DNA of 64,000 nucleotides from a virus: IMG/VR virus record IMGVR_UViG_3300043446_003513, positions 32,001 to 96,000 of that record; one strand, 5' to 3'. Below the pieces are notes generated by a model that saw only the letters and a program-made list of their open reading frames with translations, searched no databases and had not been told where the DNA came from. Below, piece by piece: positions 16,710 to 26,674 of the stretch. The translations under genes were made by a program, and so were the position numbers. Position 1 is the stretch's first letter. Every line of letters starts with the position of its first letter.

Positions 16710-16909
16710 TATTTAACTTTGTTTCCAAATTTAGCCCAAATTCTTTCATGAATATAATACCCTATTGATTCCCACGCAATGTAAATTAAAGCCCCCAGGC
16801 TGGCATATTCCCATTCGCCAGTAAATAAATAAATTACTCCAGCAACGCCAATTAAATGAAAGGTTTCCCAACTTAATGTTTTTATTAAACTTTTTTTATT
16901 AGATTCCAT
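16709..16909 (-). CDS. DUF2061-like small membrane protein
   Basis: SLIKTLSW...YYIHERIW. Confidence 0.7.
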   Translation of the reverse strand: MESNKKSLIKTLSWETFHLIGVAGVIYLFTGEWEYASLGALIYIAWESIGYYIHERIWAKFGNKVK

Positions 16910-17099
16910 TATATCCCCTTATATATTATTGTAGCATATTAATTAAGGTGAAATACTCTTACACAAAAAGCACATGGGTCTCCACCACTTTCCCATTGGT
17001 TCATTTCGTCATCATCCCATGGCGCTCCATCATGAGTGTCACAAAAAACATCTGATATCCAGCCTTGATCATATCCATATTTAATCCATTCGTCAAAAT

Positions 17100-17405
17100 C
17101 TATAGCCATTGTTTAAGCTCCTCAACTACAAAATGTTTAGGTTTAGCGCCAACAATTCTTTTAACCTCTTTGCCGTTTTCAAAAACTATGGTAGTTGGAA
17201 CTGATGTTATTTGATATTTGCTTGATTGAATTGGATTTAAATCAATATCTATTTTTGCAATCCATACGGCATATTCTTTAGAGATTTCATCTAAGATTGG
17301 GGAAAACATTTTACATGGTCTGCACCATTCTGCCCAAAAATCAACAACTAAAACATTGTGCTGTTGTAAATGAGAGTCTAAATTATCATCAGTTGCTAGT
17401 ATCAT
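17100..17405 (-). CDS. trxA: thioredoxin
   Basis: VDFWAEWCRPCK; start refined. Confidence 0.9.
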   Translation of the reverse strand: MILATDDNLDSHLQQHNVLVVDFWAEWCRPCKMFSPILDEISKEYAVWIAKIDIDLNPIQSSKYQITSVPTTIVFENGKEVKRIVGAKPKHFVVEELKQWL

Positions 17406-17871
17406 TTTTCTCCTTATGTGTTGGCCAAAAATAGTTACATGTATCACAACATACATACCCTATGTTTCTGTAGTCTGCAAACTCTGAATAAAACCAATAA
17501 TGATCTGGATCTTTTTCGTAGAGCCTCCCCTTGTGGCTGTAATGTAACTCTTCTAGTTCTAACCACCAAGGCTTGTCTGATTCAACTCCCCAAAAATTAT
17601 CCCAATATACTTTAATAAACTGATCTCTAGTATTATCCTTATACCCTCTTCTAATTACTTCTTTAATAATTGACTCGTTATAAAGTAGTAACCAGTCTTC
17701 GTGGCCATCCCACATTCTTACTGCTGGGTGATTAGACCAAGCCCCTGATTCATATAACCCAGCTAAAGATTTTAATATTTGAAAATTTTCAATTCGCTGT
17801 TTCATCAATCTTTTTGAATCTAAACTTTGTGCAATAAGATCAAAGTCCGACTCTGGTAAAAATGTCTGCAT
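17389..17871 (-). CDS. pyrimidine-dimer DNA glycosylase / endonuclease V-like (MSMEG_6728-type)
   Basis: MQTFLP...LDSKRLMKQRIE...WSNHPAVRMW...SH...L..KDP..Y. Confidence 0.8.
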   Translation of the reverse strand: MQTFLPESDFDLIAQSLDSKRLMKQRIENFQILKSLAGLYESGAWSNHPAVRMWDGHEDWLLLYNESIIKEVIRRGYKDNTRDQFIKVYWDNFWGVESDKPWWLELEELHYSHKGRLYEKDPDHYWFYSEFADYRNIGYVCCDTCNYFWPTHKEKNDTSN

Positions 17872-18455
17872 TATTTCCCGCCCTCTCTATTCGCAAACTT
17901 AAACCACGCACTAGCAGTATACCTATTTTTGCCAAAAACTTCAAGCACCTCGTGATAATAGTTTTCATTTCCTGGAAAAGAAATCGTACTATTTGCAATT
18001 GGTTTTATTTTTAAATTATGTTGAGGAAAATGTAGCTCTCCCCCGTCATAATCATCATTTAAATAATAAATAATTGAAAGGTTAAAATCTGACATAATTT
18101 CTTCATCGTAGTGAGCGTTCATGTGTATATTTTTTTTCCATTTATTTATAAACATTGAATTTGATCCTTCGTCTTCTATCCGATGCTCAAACTCAACTCC
18201 ATATTTTTTTTCTATTTGTTCTTTTACGGAAGTAAAAATATTTTGTAAAATATTTTTTATTTCATCTGGAAGATCTTTTTGATATTGCTTATATATATTT
18301 TTTTCTATCTCTAATTCTTCTAAAGTTTTTTCTTTAGTTCCTTGATAATCAAAATCTGCGGTTTCCACAAAATTCAACAACTTAATTCTATCAAACTCAT
18401 TTAAAATATCTGTATGTATCATTATGTTATCGGTGGAACCATCAAATTTAAACAT
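17871..18455 (-). CDS. 2OG-Fe(II) oxygenase, prolyl-4-hydroxylase-like
   Basis: HYD...YYLNDDYDGGELHFP...HEV...RY. Confidence 0.88.
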   Translation of the reverse strand: MFKFDGSTDNIMIHTDILNEFDRIKLLNFVETADFDYQGTKEKTLEELEIEKNIYKQYQKDLPDEIKNILQNIFTSVKEQIEKKYGVEFEHRIEDEGSNSMFINKWKKNIHMNAHYDEEIMSDFNLSIIYYLNDDYDGGELHFPQHNLKIKPIANSTISFPGNENYYHEVLEVFGKNRYTASAWFKFANREGGK

Positions 18456-18672
18456 CAGATTTTAACTCTTCCGCTGCAGCATTAAACTTATTCATAAAGT
18501 TTTGAATGATAAATATCGTAGTCTCATTAGCATTATTTGCTAAGGCTTTTGAGGACTCCTCTGTTTTATCTTCCTCTGGAATAGCGTTATACCATTTCTG
18601 GTATAACTCTATCGCAAGGTCTCTTATAATCTCTTCTAAGACTGTTAAATTAGCCATTAATAGATGCTCCAA
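18448..18672 (-). CDS. hypothetical protein
   Basis: operon packing; likely start MANLTV. Confidence 0.65.
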   Translation of the reverse strand: MEHLLMANLTVLEEIIRDLAIELYQKWYNAIPEEDKTEESSKALANNANETTIFIIQNFMNKFNAAAEELKSDV

Positions 18673-19582
18673 TGTTTATTAAGCCTGGGAAGGATCCTTG
18701 TCTTCCCCGAACCGTTGTTGATGTACGATAAACTAAATCAAATTGTTCTGTAAATGAAAGTCCTGGCTTAGCACTTTTTATTGCAATCCATTGTGCTGCA
18801 GCAATTTGAGTAGAAGCCGAAGTTCCAGCAGCATTTGCTTTAGCCCCGCCAGGAAGAATTGCAGTCGTATTACCAAGCGCAAACAACATTTTTAAATTTT
18901 TGTCTACATTTGAATACATGGCAATATCATTTTGTTGATCTGTCGCAGACACTGGAATGGCGCCAGCCTCACATGCTGGCCAATCAACTCTATTATAATC
19001 TCTATCATTTCCAGATGAAACAAAGAAAGGTACGTTCATAGAAGAAAGAGTCTTAATATTGTTGTTCACTCTTGCATTAACTGGACAGTAATTCTGTCTA
19101 GACATCAGATTGTGGTGGCTTTGTGCGCTTGCAACTGCTTGAATATTGTATTTGTCTTTATTATCAATAACCCATTTTAACGCATTTTCTACAGATCTTG
19201 GGCCAGCAAGTTGCCTACTGCCAGATTTAGTATTACCAATAATTCTAATAAAAACAATTTTCATATTTGGGTTAGCATTAACAGCAATTGAAGCCATTTG
19301 TGTCCCGTGATTAAAATCTCTAGTTACCATAAAATTAAGAGGGATAACTGAGGCTCCAGGGCCCTCCATGAAAGACGTCCCATTTGGACAGGAATTCCAT
19401 TCGAGGACACAAACCTCTTGGGCTATCCTATCTTGAAAAATAGGGAGTGATGTATCCAATGCTGTGTCGAGAATAGCTAAAGCTGGTTGCGCTACTGCAT
19501 CTTGATTTTTAATCGCTGCATTCGCTGTTGTTGGAATAATTAATAGTAATGATAAAACCGCCAAAATAATTTTTTTATTCAT
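18650..19582 (-). CDS. secreted subtilisin-like S8 serine protease
   Basis: signal peptide; ILDT, HGTQMA, SSGND, GTSAS catalytic motifs. Confidence 0.85.
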   Translation of the reverse strand: MNKKIILAVLSLLLIIPTTANAAIKNQDAVAQPALAILDTALDTSLPIFQDRIAQEVCVLEWNSCPNGTSFMEGPGASVIPLNFMVTRDFNHGTQMASIAVNANPNMKIVFIRIIGNTKSGSRQLAGPRSVENALKWVIDNKDKYNIQAVASAQSHHNLMSRQNYCPVNARVNNNIKTLSSMNVPFFVSSGNDRDYNRVDWPACEAGAIPVSATDQQNDIAMYSNVDKNLKMLFALGNTTAILPGGAKANAAGTSASTQIAAAQWIAIKSAKPGLSFTEQFDLVYRTSTTVRGRQGSFPGLINIGASING

Positions 19583-19588
19583 GATGTT

Positions 19589-19617
19589 ATTCTACTAAAT
19601 TAGGGTTAGTCTGTCAA
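19589..19617 (-). promoter_or_regulatory. sigma-A promoter giving a leaderless mRNA
   Basis: TTGACA-17-TAGAAT-6 nt-ATG (19582). Confidence 0.7.
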
Positions 19618-19780
19618 TCGTTTTTTGGAAAATTATCTAGATACCACTTATCTGCATCTAATGTAGGATAAGTAGATTTATTTAGCTGAATTAAGTAATT
19701 GACTAACTGGGTCAATTCATGCATTTCATATTGCATTCTAACGAAATCAAGTTCTAACAACCTAAGTCTTTCAGACTTTC

Positions 19781-20110
19781 TCATTCTGATTCCTCTCGAT
19801 CTACTGGAGTAGGCGCTGTTGCCAAACTACCACAATTTGCACATTCCATATCCAAAAAATAAGTAGATATTTGATAATCTTCGAATGAAGCTTTTAGGTT
19901 CCAAATGCTACACCCACATATACAAATGTGTGTTGGGGTTCCTCTTAAATCTACTGCATTTTCATAAGTTGGGGGATCATAAAAATCTTGTGGCTCTTCT
20001 AATCTATCTACATAGTAGAGCCCAACTTTATATCTAGAAAACAAGGCTTTTAAAACATCGAACAAAACAAACATTAATGCGAAAACCCCTAGCCCTTTTA
20101 AGATCTTCAT
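19781..20110 (-). CDS. hypothetical protein, N-terminal TM plus Cys motifs
   Basis: DLRGTPTHICICG...CANCGSLATAPTP. Confidence 0.7.
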   Translation of the reverse strand: MKILKGLGVFALMFVLFDVLKALFSRYKVGLYYVDRLEEPQDFYDPPTYENAVDLRGTPTHICICGCSIWNLKASFEDYQISTYFLDMECANCGSLATAPTPVDREESE

Positions 20111-20124
20111 AAGTACATTATACT

Positions 20125-20682
20125 CTATACTTGAATATATGTAAATGGTGAAGAAACGCTCATTGAAAATTCTGAAGCTGCCTCAAGAGCCAGTTTTAAT
20201 CTTGTCTTGGGATTCTTTATGTTTTTAGTAGCAAACAAAGCTCCTAGAGCAAAAGCTCCGCCGCTTCCCTCTGCCATGTAGTTAAAGTTATTTTCTGCAA
20301 CATGGAAATCCTCATCAATTGTAAAAAGTCTTCCTTCTACTCCAACTAAAAATATTCCGCCAACATCGCCATCTTCGTTAGGCCCAAAATTTCCGTAACC
20401 ATTTTCCTTAAAAGCCTCTTTGACAGAGTCAATAAATTTAGTTCTCATGAACTTATCTAATCCATTATTAGTTTTTGTAGGAGTATATTTTGGTGGGAGC
20501 CAATTATATTGTAAAATTTGTCCCATTCTGAAACTATCAGTAAATGCGATTCCGTATTGTCCAACCTTAAATACTTTTGGATCTTTTCTGACTAAAATCC
20601 ATCCGCTTTTTTCATCTGAAGCGGCATGATCGGCAGCCATATGGACTACCCCATTTTGAGCTATGGCTACAACACAAGTCAT
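20125..20682 (-). CDS. Ntn-hydrolase (HslV/proteasome-beta-like) peptidase
   Basis: N-terminal MTCVVA (Thr nucleophile), PKVF, AEGSGGAFALGAL. Confidence 0.75.
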   Translation of the reverse strand: MTCVVAIAQNGVVHMAADHAASDEKSGWILVRKDPKVFKVGQYGIAFTDSFRMGQILQYNWLPPKYTPTKTNNGLDKFMRTKFIDSVKEAFKENGYGNFGPNEDGDVGGIFLVGVEGRLFTIDEDFHVAENNFNYMAEGSGGAFALGALFATKNIKNPKTRLKLALEAASEFSMSVSSPFTYIQV

Positions 20683-20715
20683 ACCATACAGTATACTAAA
20701 TATAAATTCGAAGTG

Positions 20716-21018
20716 CTAGTACTCAATTGTTTGATTAATTAAAGATAATTTAACCAAGGTTTCTTCTAGCTCAGCTTTTACGGAAATTAATTCTTGAATA
20801 GTAGTATAATATTTATTTTTCCACTCATCTAAATCTTTTTCTAATTTATATAATTTAATTTGAAGATCTTTTAATTCAAGTTTTAATTCGTCTTGTTCTT
20901 TTTCTGCCTTACGAACTTTTTCTCTTTTTTGCTCCTGATAATAGGACAACAAAGATACACCAAATCCGCTTAAAACGGCGGAAATTAGCGTTAATGCTAT
21001 TACGGAACTATTATTCAT
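20716..21018 (-). CDS. membrane-anchored coiled-coil protein
   Basis: TM helix then heptad repeats. Confidence 0.65.
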   Translation of the reverse strand: MNNSSVIALTLISAVLSGFGVSLLSYYQEQKREKVRKAEKEQDELKLELKDLQIKLYKLEKDLDEWKNKYYTTIQELISVKAELEETLVKLSLINQTIEY

Positions 21019-21052
21019 TATATGAATATTATACCGTAATTTATTTAATTAA

Positions 21053-21289
21053 TTAAATTAATAGCTCTGAAGCGGAAATTTCTTCGCCAATATATCTCTT
21101 TTTTAATACAAAATCCTTAACAGAATCCGCACCGTTTTGCCTTCCAGCAATGATTACAGCCCACCTTGGTTCAAATTTAGATTCAATGCAGGTTTCACAC
21201 ATTAATAGATTAATAGAAAGCAAGGAAGACTTTTTTACATTTAACTTATTCTTAGTCTTATTACATGAATAACACAATATTTTTTCCAC
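21053..21289 (-). CDS. zinc-binding hypothetical protein
   Basis: CYSC...CETC. Confidence 0.7.
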   Translation of the reverse strand: MEKILCYSCNKTKNKLNVKKSSLLSINLLMCETCIESKFEPRWAVIIAGRQNGADSVKDFVLKKRYIGEEISASELLI

Positions 21290-21738
21290 TATTCTGTTAC
21301 CTCTCTGCTACATTCCGTAGCAATAAAAAATCTTACTGGATCAAATCTCCAATTATCCATAGAAAAAATTTTAGCAATTTCCTTTATTAGTTTTGCGTAA
21401 GAGTCTTCTTCAAGTTGCCCTTTAATGCTTAAAAGAATTTTTGCTATTTTATAATACTGTTCTCTAACAAAAACACATTCACCTGCTGGAGGCCTCTTTA
21501 ATATTTTTGTAAAAACATTACCGTTTGGCTCGTAGAGTGAAACAGTTAAATATTCTTTTGCAAATCCCCAATCAGTGTATGAATTATAACCATTTACTGC
21601 GTCTAAACAATTATTAAATATATAGACAGATCTTTCTGGAGTTTCGCCATCTCTAGCAATTGTTAACATATAATTGTTTTCTGGATTTTCTTTATATTTT
21701 TTAATTGTTTCAACCTGTGTATTAACAAAATACTCCAC
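21289..21738 (-). CDS. hypothetical protein
   Basis: C-terminus DNWRFDPVRF similar to 1640..1807. Confidence 0.7.
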   Translation of the reverse strand: MEYFVNTQVETIKKYKENPENNYMLTIARDGETPERSVYIFNNCLDAVNGYNSYTDWGFAKEYLTVSLYEPNGNVFTKILKRPPAGECVFVREQYYKIAKILLSIKGQLEEDSYAKLIKEIAKIFSMDNWRFDPVRFFIATECSREVTE

Positions 21739-21938
21739 TATTCGGATTCCTCTACATGTTCAAATACAATTTCGTCAACTATTGTAAAATCTTGGTTGTC
21801 CAAAAGCTCTTCCTTTTCTACTCCATCTTTAATATATTTTACCACAGATCCATAAACTCCGAGCGTTTCAACTGTTCCGTAACATTGTTCTTCATGAATT
21901 ACAACAACTGCTATCCTGTCATAATACTCTTTGCTCAT
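21738..21938 (-). CDS. hypothetical protein
   Basis: operon packing. Confidence 0.65.
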   Translation of the reverse strand: MSKEYYDRIAVVVIHEEQCYGTVETLGVYGSVVKYIKDGVEKEELLDNQDFTIVDEIVFEHVEESE

Positions 21939-22222
21939 TTTGCACCTTCCAGTTCACATCTTACGCCGTAAGACTCTATAGTATTTTTTATCATCTCAAT
22001 ATATTCAATTACTTTTACTCTATGTGATCCATCATATTTTGCAAAATTGCTTTCGTATAATCTTATAGCTAAAAATTCTGGATATTTAACTATATCCATT
22101 TTTAAATCTGGCACAGGACACCTTAATTCTCTTACTCTTTTAGCCATTTCTTTTGTATAAAAAACTGGCTTGTTTGGCTCACCAGTCCATTGGTTTATGC
22201 CATATTTAAAATGATTATCCAT
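21935..22222 (-). CDS. hypothetical protein
   Basis: operon packing. Confidence 0.7.
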   Translation of the reverse strand: MDNHFKYGINQWTGEPNKPVFYTKEMAKRVRELRCPVPDLKMDIVKYPEFLAIRLYESNFAKYDGSHRVKVIEYIEMIKNTIESYGVRCELEGAK

Positions 22223-22523
22223 TTTTCTTTCTTATTCTTTTCCATATATCTGGTGTTTTGTGAAGATTCTTAGTTTTATCTACAGATCCAGAGTTTAAAT
22301 AAACTCCACCCCACACCCCATATTCATTATTTTCTATACCAGACTGATAGCAAAGTTTAGAAACTGGGCATCCTAAGCATGCCTCATCTACATTTCTAGC
22401 TATATTTTGATCAATTTCATATTTATCAAAAAATAGATTTGTATCCATTCCCTTACATACTGCTATGTCATACCAATTAAAATCTTCTTTATCTATACCT
22501 AAACTATCTAAAATGTTTGACAT
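22215..22523 (-). CDS. whiB: WhiB-family Fe-S transcription regulator
   Basis: W...AVC...FF...CLGCPV...C...YGVWGG. Confidence 0.9.
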   Translation of the reverse strand: MSNILDSLGIDKEDFNWYDIAVCKGMDTNLFFDKYEIDQNIARNVDEACLGCPVSKLCYQSGIENNEYGVWGGVYLNSGSVDKTKNLHKTPDIWKRIRKKNG

Positions 22524-22737
22524 ACTTTAATGGCAACTTCCATATCCCAGTTTCATCAACAGAAATTTTTTCTGCTGTTCCCCATGCACTTTCTCTAAAC
22601 ATTCCGTTAATACTGGTAAAACCATTTGGATTTTTCTTCCAAATTATTAAATCATAATTATTCCAAAAACTGTGTTGGTTATTAGACTTAGATTTGTCTA
22701 TAAAAACCTCTACACCCTTTAGTGTAAGATGAAGCAA
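22504..22737 (-). CDS. hypothetical protein
   Basis: GGAGA RBS, TTG start. Confidence 0.65.
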   Translation of the reverse strand: MLHLTLKGVEVFIDKSKSNNQHSFWNNYDLIIWKKNPNGFTSINGMFRESAWGTAEKISVDETGIWKLPLKYVKHFR

Positions 22738-22758
22738 TTTTTTCTCCGAACTTTATAG

Positions 22759-22831
22759 CTGGCCCACCTGGACTCGAACCAGGAACCTATGAGTTAACAG
22801 CTCACCGCTCTGCCTATTGAGCTATGGGCCA
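22759..22831 (-). tRNA. tRNA-Asn (GTT)
   Basis: TGGCCCA/TGGGCCA acceptor, GTGAG-CTGTTAA-CTCAT, TTCGAGT. Confidence 0.92.
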
Positions 22832-22876
22832 TTACAACTCAATAAGTATAATTATACATTATTAAACAGGTTGATG

Positions 22877-23563
22877 TCAACGAAGCTTAAATTTTCTTTT
22901 TGCAAAAGAAACTGGGTCTAATTTGCCAGTCCATAAAGTTTTTTCTACCTTTTCTACTGGAACACAATTAGGAACCATTCTTCCGCCTTTTTCTTTCATG
23001 CCAACCTGCTTGTATCCAGTCCAACATTTTTGCATTTCGTTGTCCCATTTATCTTCATCTTCATTATCTGATTTATAAATTTCATTTTTATTTTCTGACT
23101 CAAGGTCGGTCTGACCATCCATTTTTTCAAAATCTTGATCGTCTTCTATTTCAATTACTGTATCTATTGGATTCATAATGTCATCTAATAAATCTGCTAA
23201 CTCTAGTGCTAAACTGTCTTCGTTTACAAAAGATTTTTTCATGTTCTTTTCTCTTTCAACAATTTTTCTAGACCAAGAAAATCCAGCATCTCCACCCCAA
23301 GCATCCCACATAATTCTTCCATTAGACGGATTTGATGTGTTGTAGAAATCTTTTCCCTTTTTGTCTACTTCATGTCTTGAAAAGAAAGAATACATGCGCT
23401 TAACTGTAGAAAGACTTAATGTTTCTCCACGAGCTAACTGTCCAGCTCTTGTCCAACCAACTGCAGTTCCAGCTCCCTTTGCCTTACCTTCTTCTTTCCA
23501 TCTAATTGCTCTTTTTGCCGCTGACTTCATTCCAGAAGTAGGCTTGTATCCTTCTTTTGCCAT
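22877..23563 (-). CDS. phage protein with head-associated-type domain and CWxGY...VPNCVP motif
   Basis: RAGQLARGETLSLSTVKRMYSFFSRH...WGGDAG; CWTGYKQVGMKEKGGRMVPNCVP. Confidence 0.65.
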   Translation of the reverse strand: MAKEGYKPTSGMKSAAKRAIRWKEEGKAKGAGTAVGWTRAGQLARGETLSLSTVKRMYSFFSRHEVDKKGKDFYNTSNPSNGRIMWDAWGGDAGFSWSRKIVEREKNMKKSFVNEDSLALELADLLDDIMNPIDTVIEIEDDQDFEKMDGQTDLESENKNEIYKSDNEDEDKWDNEMQKCWTGYKQVGMKEKGGRMVPNCVPVEKVEKTLWTGKLDPVSFAKRKFKLR

Positions 23564-23726
23564 TATTTCTCCTTAATACTATTAATTTTAATGCTCTTAA
23601 TTTCATCGTCTACGCTAAAAATATCACTAACATACTCTGAAGCATCATCTTCATTGAACGCCTGAATTTCTATTTCTACGTCTAGCTTAATTTTATAGGT
23701 GTTCACTAAATAATTATAGCATAAAA

Positions 23727-23753
23727 TAAGGCGACGCCAGAAGCGTCGCCTTA
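23727..23753 (-). terminator. hairpin terminator
   Basis: TAAGGCGACGC/GCGTCGCCTTA followed by TTTT on the - strand. Confidence 0.7.
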
Positions 23754-23763
23754 AATATAGGTT

Positions 23764-24009
23764 TTATTTCTTTACCCCTTTTTTGTCAACGGCATTAAAA
23801 GCTTCATTAATTTCTTCTAATGAAAGCTTACCGTCGTCAAGGAACGAACGTGCTAATTTTTCTACAACGGTAGCAACTCCAAGACCGCCAGCAAGCATTA
23901 CTGCCTTCATTGTATCAATTCCAACAACGGCCCCAGCTCCAATTACGGATAGTCCAGATGCTGCAAAAACTGCTACGATACGCATTATTACATTAACCAT
24001 GCCTTGCAT
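23764..24009 (-). CDS. small membrane protein (holin-like)
   Basis: two hydrophobic helices, DDGKLSLEEI tail. Confidence 0.6.
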   Translation of the reverse strand: MQGMVNVIMRIVAVFAASGLSVIGAGAVVGIDTMKAVMLAGGLGVATVVEKLARSFLDDGKLSLEEINEAFNAVDKKGVKK

Positions 24010-24010
24010 T

Positions 24011-24223
24011 TTAGTCCTCCTTTTTATTTCTTATTCTTAAAGTAACAATCCAAACAATTGTTGACCAAACAATTGCCCATCCAACTATTGTTCTGGCTGC
24101 TCCAGTAAGTGTTAGCCATGCGATAAAGAATCCAAGTAGTGTGAATGTTTGATTCATTATTTCAATAAATGAATCCCTTATCCATGCAAAAAATCCTTTT
24201 ATCATTTTAATTACTAGTTTCAT
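24011..24223 (-). CDS. small membrane protein
   Basis: two TM helices. Confidence 0.7.
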   Translation of the reverse strand: MKLVIKMIKGFFAWIRDSFIEIMNQTFTLLGFFIAWLTLTGAARTIVGWAIVWSTIVWIVTLRIRNKKED

Positions 24224-26412
24224 TAGATCCTCCTCGCTGATAATATATTTGCGACAGCATTCATAACTTGAGAAACTATAATTACAGGAATAATTACTTC
24301 CTGAGCTTTTTCTCTTTGATCATCTGTCATGTCCGACCCAAGGCTAGCTAAAGCTTCTCCTGGATTAGAAAGTAAATCTGAAGTAAATTGAGCTAATTCT
24401 TGTAAGCTCTCACCAACTGCAGCAGCAGCTGCACCTGGGTCTGTAAACGCTTCTGTAAGTCCTGAAATAATTTGTTCTGCTTGAACCTCTGTTGCTGCAT
24501 CAGCAAGTGTGTATGGCATAGGGGAATTTGCATTAGCCTCCGCTCTTTGATTAAATTGTTCTACTGCTTGTGCAATTACTGGATCAGATTTAATTAATTC
24601 TGCCAATAATTTTACATCTTCCTTTGATAAATCAGTTTCTTTAATTACTTCAATTAATTGTTCTGTTTCTTTTTTAGATAATCCGCTATCTTCTAATATA
24701 TTTGCTATAATTATTTCATCTTTAGAAAGGTTTTCAGTTGGAAGATTTTCTTGAACATCTTGGTCCTGGACATCATTTATGGTCTCTTGAGGATCTTGTG
24801 TCTCTGTATTATCTTCAACAGGGACTTCTGGCTCAGGAGGTAGGACTTCAGTCTGATCTGGCTCTACTGGAACAGGTTCTGGATTTGGTACATCATCGAC
24901 TGGGGGATTCTGTTCATCGATTGGAGTTTCATCAATTGGTGTTTCTGGTTCAACAGGAATTGTTGAATCCTGATTTGGATCAGGATCTTGTTCTGGTTCG
25001 GGAGCTGGCGGAACAACGGGATCGGGATTTGGAATTACTGGTGGCTGGACTGGTACGGGAGGAGGCTCTGGTGTCGGAGGTTGAACTGGTGGAGTGGGAT
25101 TGGGTTCTGGTGCAGGAGGAGGCTCTGGAGTCGGAGGTTGCTGAGGTGAAGGCTCGGGAGTTGGAGTTGGTGTTGGAGACGGCTCGACAGGAGCGGGAGA
25201 AGTTGGAGTGGGCGAAGGCTCCGTGGGAGTTGGAGATGGGCTCGGGGTGGGTTCAGGAGCGTTCTTAAAAGTAATAGAAAGTATTAATATTTTACCAACT
25301 CCTGGAACTGGATCTGTAAAGTTAGCATTTGTAGCAGATATATTTGCTGTAGCTAAATTTGTAAATTGTTCTGTAAGCTGACTAGAAACATTAATACCTT
25401 GAGAGCCATCATTTGGGTGCCCATACCAACCAATGATTTGATCTATTAGTTTACCTTCTGGTGCATTTATAACTATAGAATCATTTTCATTTATTGTATG
25501 TTGTGGAGTAAATGGTAGTGGTGATGGAATATATAAAGTTACTACATTAGAATCTTGAGAATAAGTTGACAAACTATCATTGTCTGCTCTTATTTTAAAC
25601 TGATACTCTTTACCAGTTCCGTCAGTAGTAATTACGCTATATGGAATTGTTATAGATGTATTTAATGCTGTTTCGCTTCCAACATTACCAGTTGCTACCC
25701 CCCACCCATTAGTTGTAAAATTTGTTGTAGACCAGCTGATTGCGTATCTTTCTACTGCTGTATTTGCTTGAGTTGGAACAGGTGCAGTCCAAGATAAAGT
25801 TATATTTTCTGATTGTGTGCTTAAAGACAAACCTGTGGGAGGATTTAAAGATGGTGGAAGTGGGGGAGTTGGTTCTGTCAAATAAAAAACTGTGGACGGA
25901 ACAATTTGATCCCCAGAACCATCGTTCCAATATAACCAAACATTTGCCCCACCGCCATTTTCATAAAACCATAAAGTGAATGGATATGGGGTATTTGCTT
26001 GTAAAGTAACTGGCTGACTTATACTTCCGCCGCCACCTTTGTCATACCAGTCATTAATTAAAACTATATTATTAAAAGTAAAATGTATACCATCATCGCC
26101 AGGAGCATAAAAGTTTACTGTCTTTGTTACTGGAGACATAATATAACCAGTAAATTTAACTTCTACATCTTCATATCTATTACTAAGTACTGGTCCACCA
26201 CCCCAGTTAAAATCTATTGTAGATACTGTTGTGGTATTAATTAACACATTTTGATAGCATGGTCTAGGTGGAGCATTGTTCCATCCTGCACAATTGTATA
26301 CTTGTGCTGTTATGCCATTCTCATTAGTAGCCGCTGCCGACTCTACAAAACCAAAAAAGGATGACCCAAAGATCACCCCTAGGACGGCAACTATGCGAAA
26401 AAGTTTTTTCAA
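24223..26412 (-). CDS. exported PA14 + FN3 + lectin-like protein with Pro-rich stalk and C-terminal hydrophobic anchor
   Basis: signal peptide; IDFNWGGG/DDG/YENGGGA (PA14); LSWTAP...YQFKIRA (FN3); FTDPVPGVGK; about 130-aa Pro-rich linker. Confidence 0.8.
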   Translation of the reverse strand: MKKLFRIVAVLGVIFGSSFFGFVESAAATNENGITAQVYNCAGWNNAPPRPCYQNVLINTTTVSTIDFNWGGGPVLSNRYEDVEVKFTGYIMSPVTKTVNFYAPGDDGIHFTFNNIVLINDWYDKGGGGSISQPVTLQANTPYPFTLWFYENGGGANVWLYWNDGSGDQIVPSTVFYLTEPTPPLPPSLNPPTGLSLSTQSENITLSWTAPVPTQANTAVERYAISWSTTNFTTNGWGVATGNVGSETALNTSITIPYSVITTDGTGKEYQFKIRADNDSLSTYSQDSNVVTLYIPSPLPFTPQHTINENDSIVINAPEGKLIDQIIGWYGHPNDGSQGINVSSQLTEQFTNLATANISATNANFTDPVPGVGKILILSITFKNAPEPTPSPSPTPTEPSPTPTSPAPVEPSPTPTPTPEPSPQQPPTPEPPPAPEPNPTPPVQPPTPEPPPVPVQPPVIPNPDPVVPPAPEPEQDPDPNQDSTIPVEPETPIDETPIDEQNPPVDDVPNPEPVPVEPDQTEVLPPEPEVPVEDNTETQDPQETINDVQDQDVQENLPTENLSKDEIIIANILEDSGLSKKETEQLIEVIKETDLSKEDVKLLAELIKSDPVIAQAVEQFNQRAEANANSPMPYTLADAATEVQAEQIISGLTEAFTDPGAAAAAVGESLQELAQFTSDLLSNPGEALASLGSDMTDDQREKAQEVIIPVIIVSQVMNAVANILSARRI

Positions 26413-26494
26413 CCTCTTTCTCCCAATGTTTTATAACTTATTTATAAAACATTGAAATTATAGCATGTTTTAAAGCCTAATTTATTTTAGTTAA

Positions 26495-26674
26495 CTACTT
26501 ATTATCTGTCTTGTAGAATCCAGTTCCTTTAAACTGTATTCCAACTGATCCATAAGATCTTGTAGTAGCGTAACCGCAAGATAGGCATCTGGGAACAACT
26601 TCTTCGTCGTGAAAACCCCTAGTTACCTCTAATGATTTATCGCATGTCACACATACATACTCATATACTGGCAT
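26495..26674 (-). CDS. FmdB-family zinc-ribbon protein
   Basis: MPVYEYVCVTC...CLSCG...FKGTGFYKTD; start refined. Confidence 0.85.
   Translation of the reverse strand: MPVYEYVCVTCDKSLEVTRGFHDEEVVPRCLSCGYATTRSYGSVGIQFKGTGFYKTDNK

Noticed and set aside
24738-25268. 176-aa + strand ORF
   Set aside because: Antisense shadow of the Pro-rich repeat region of 24223..26412.
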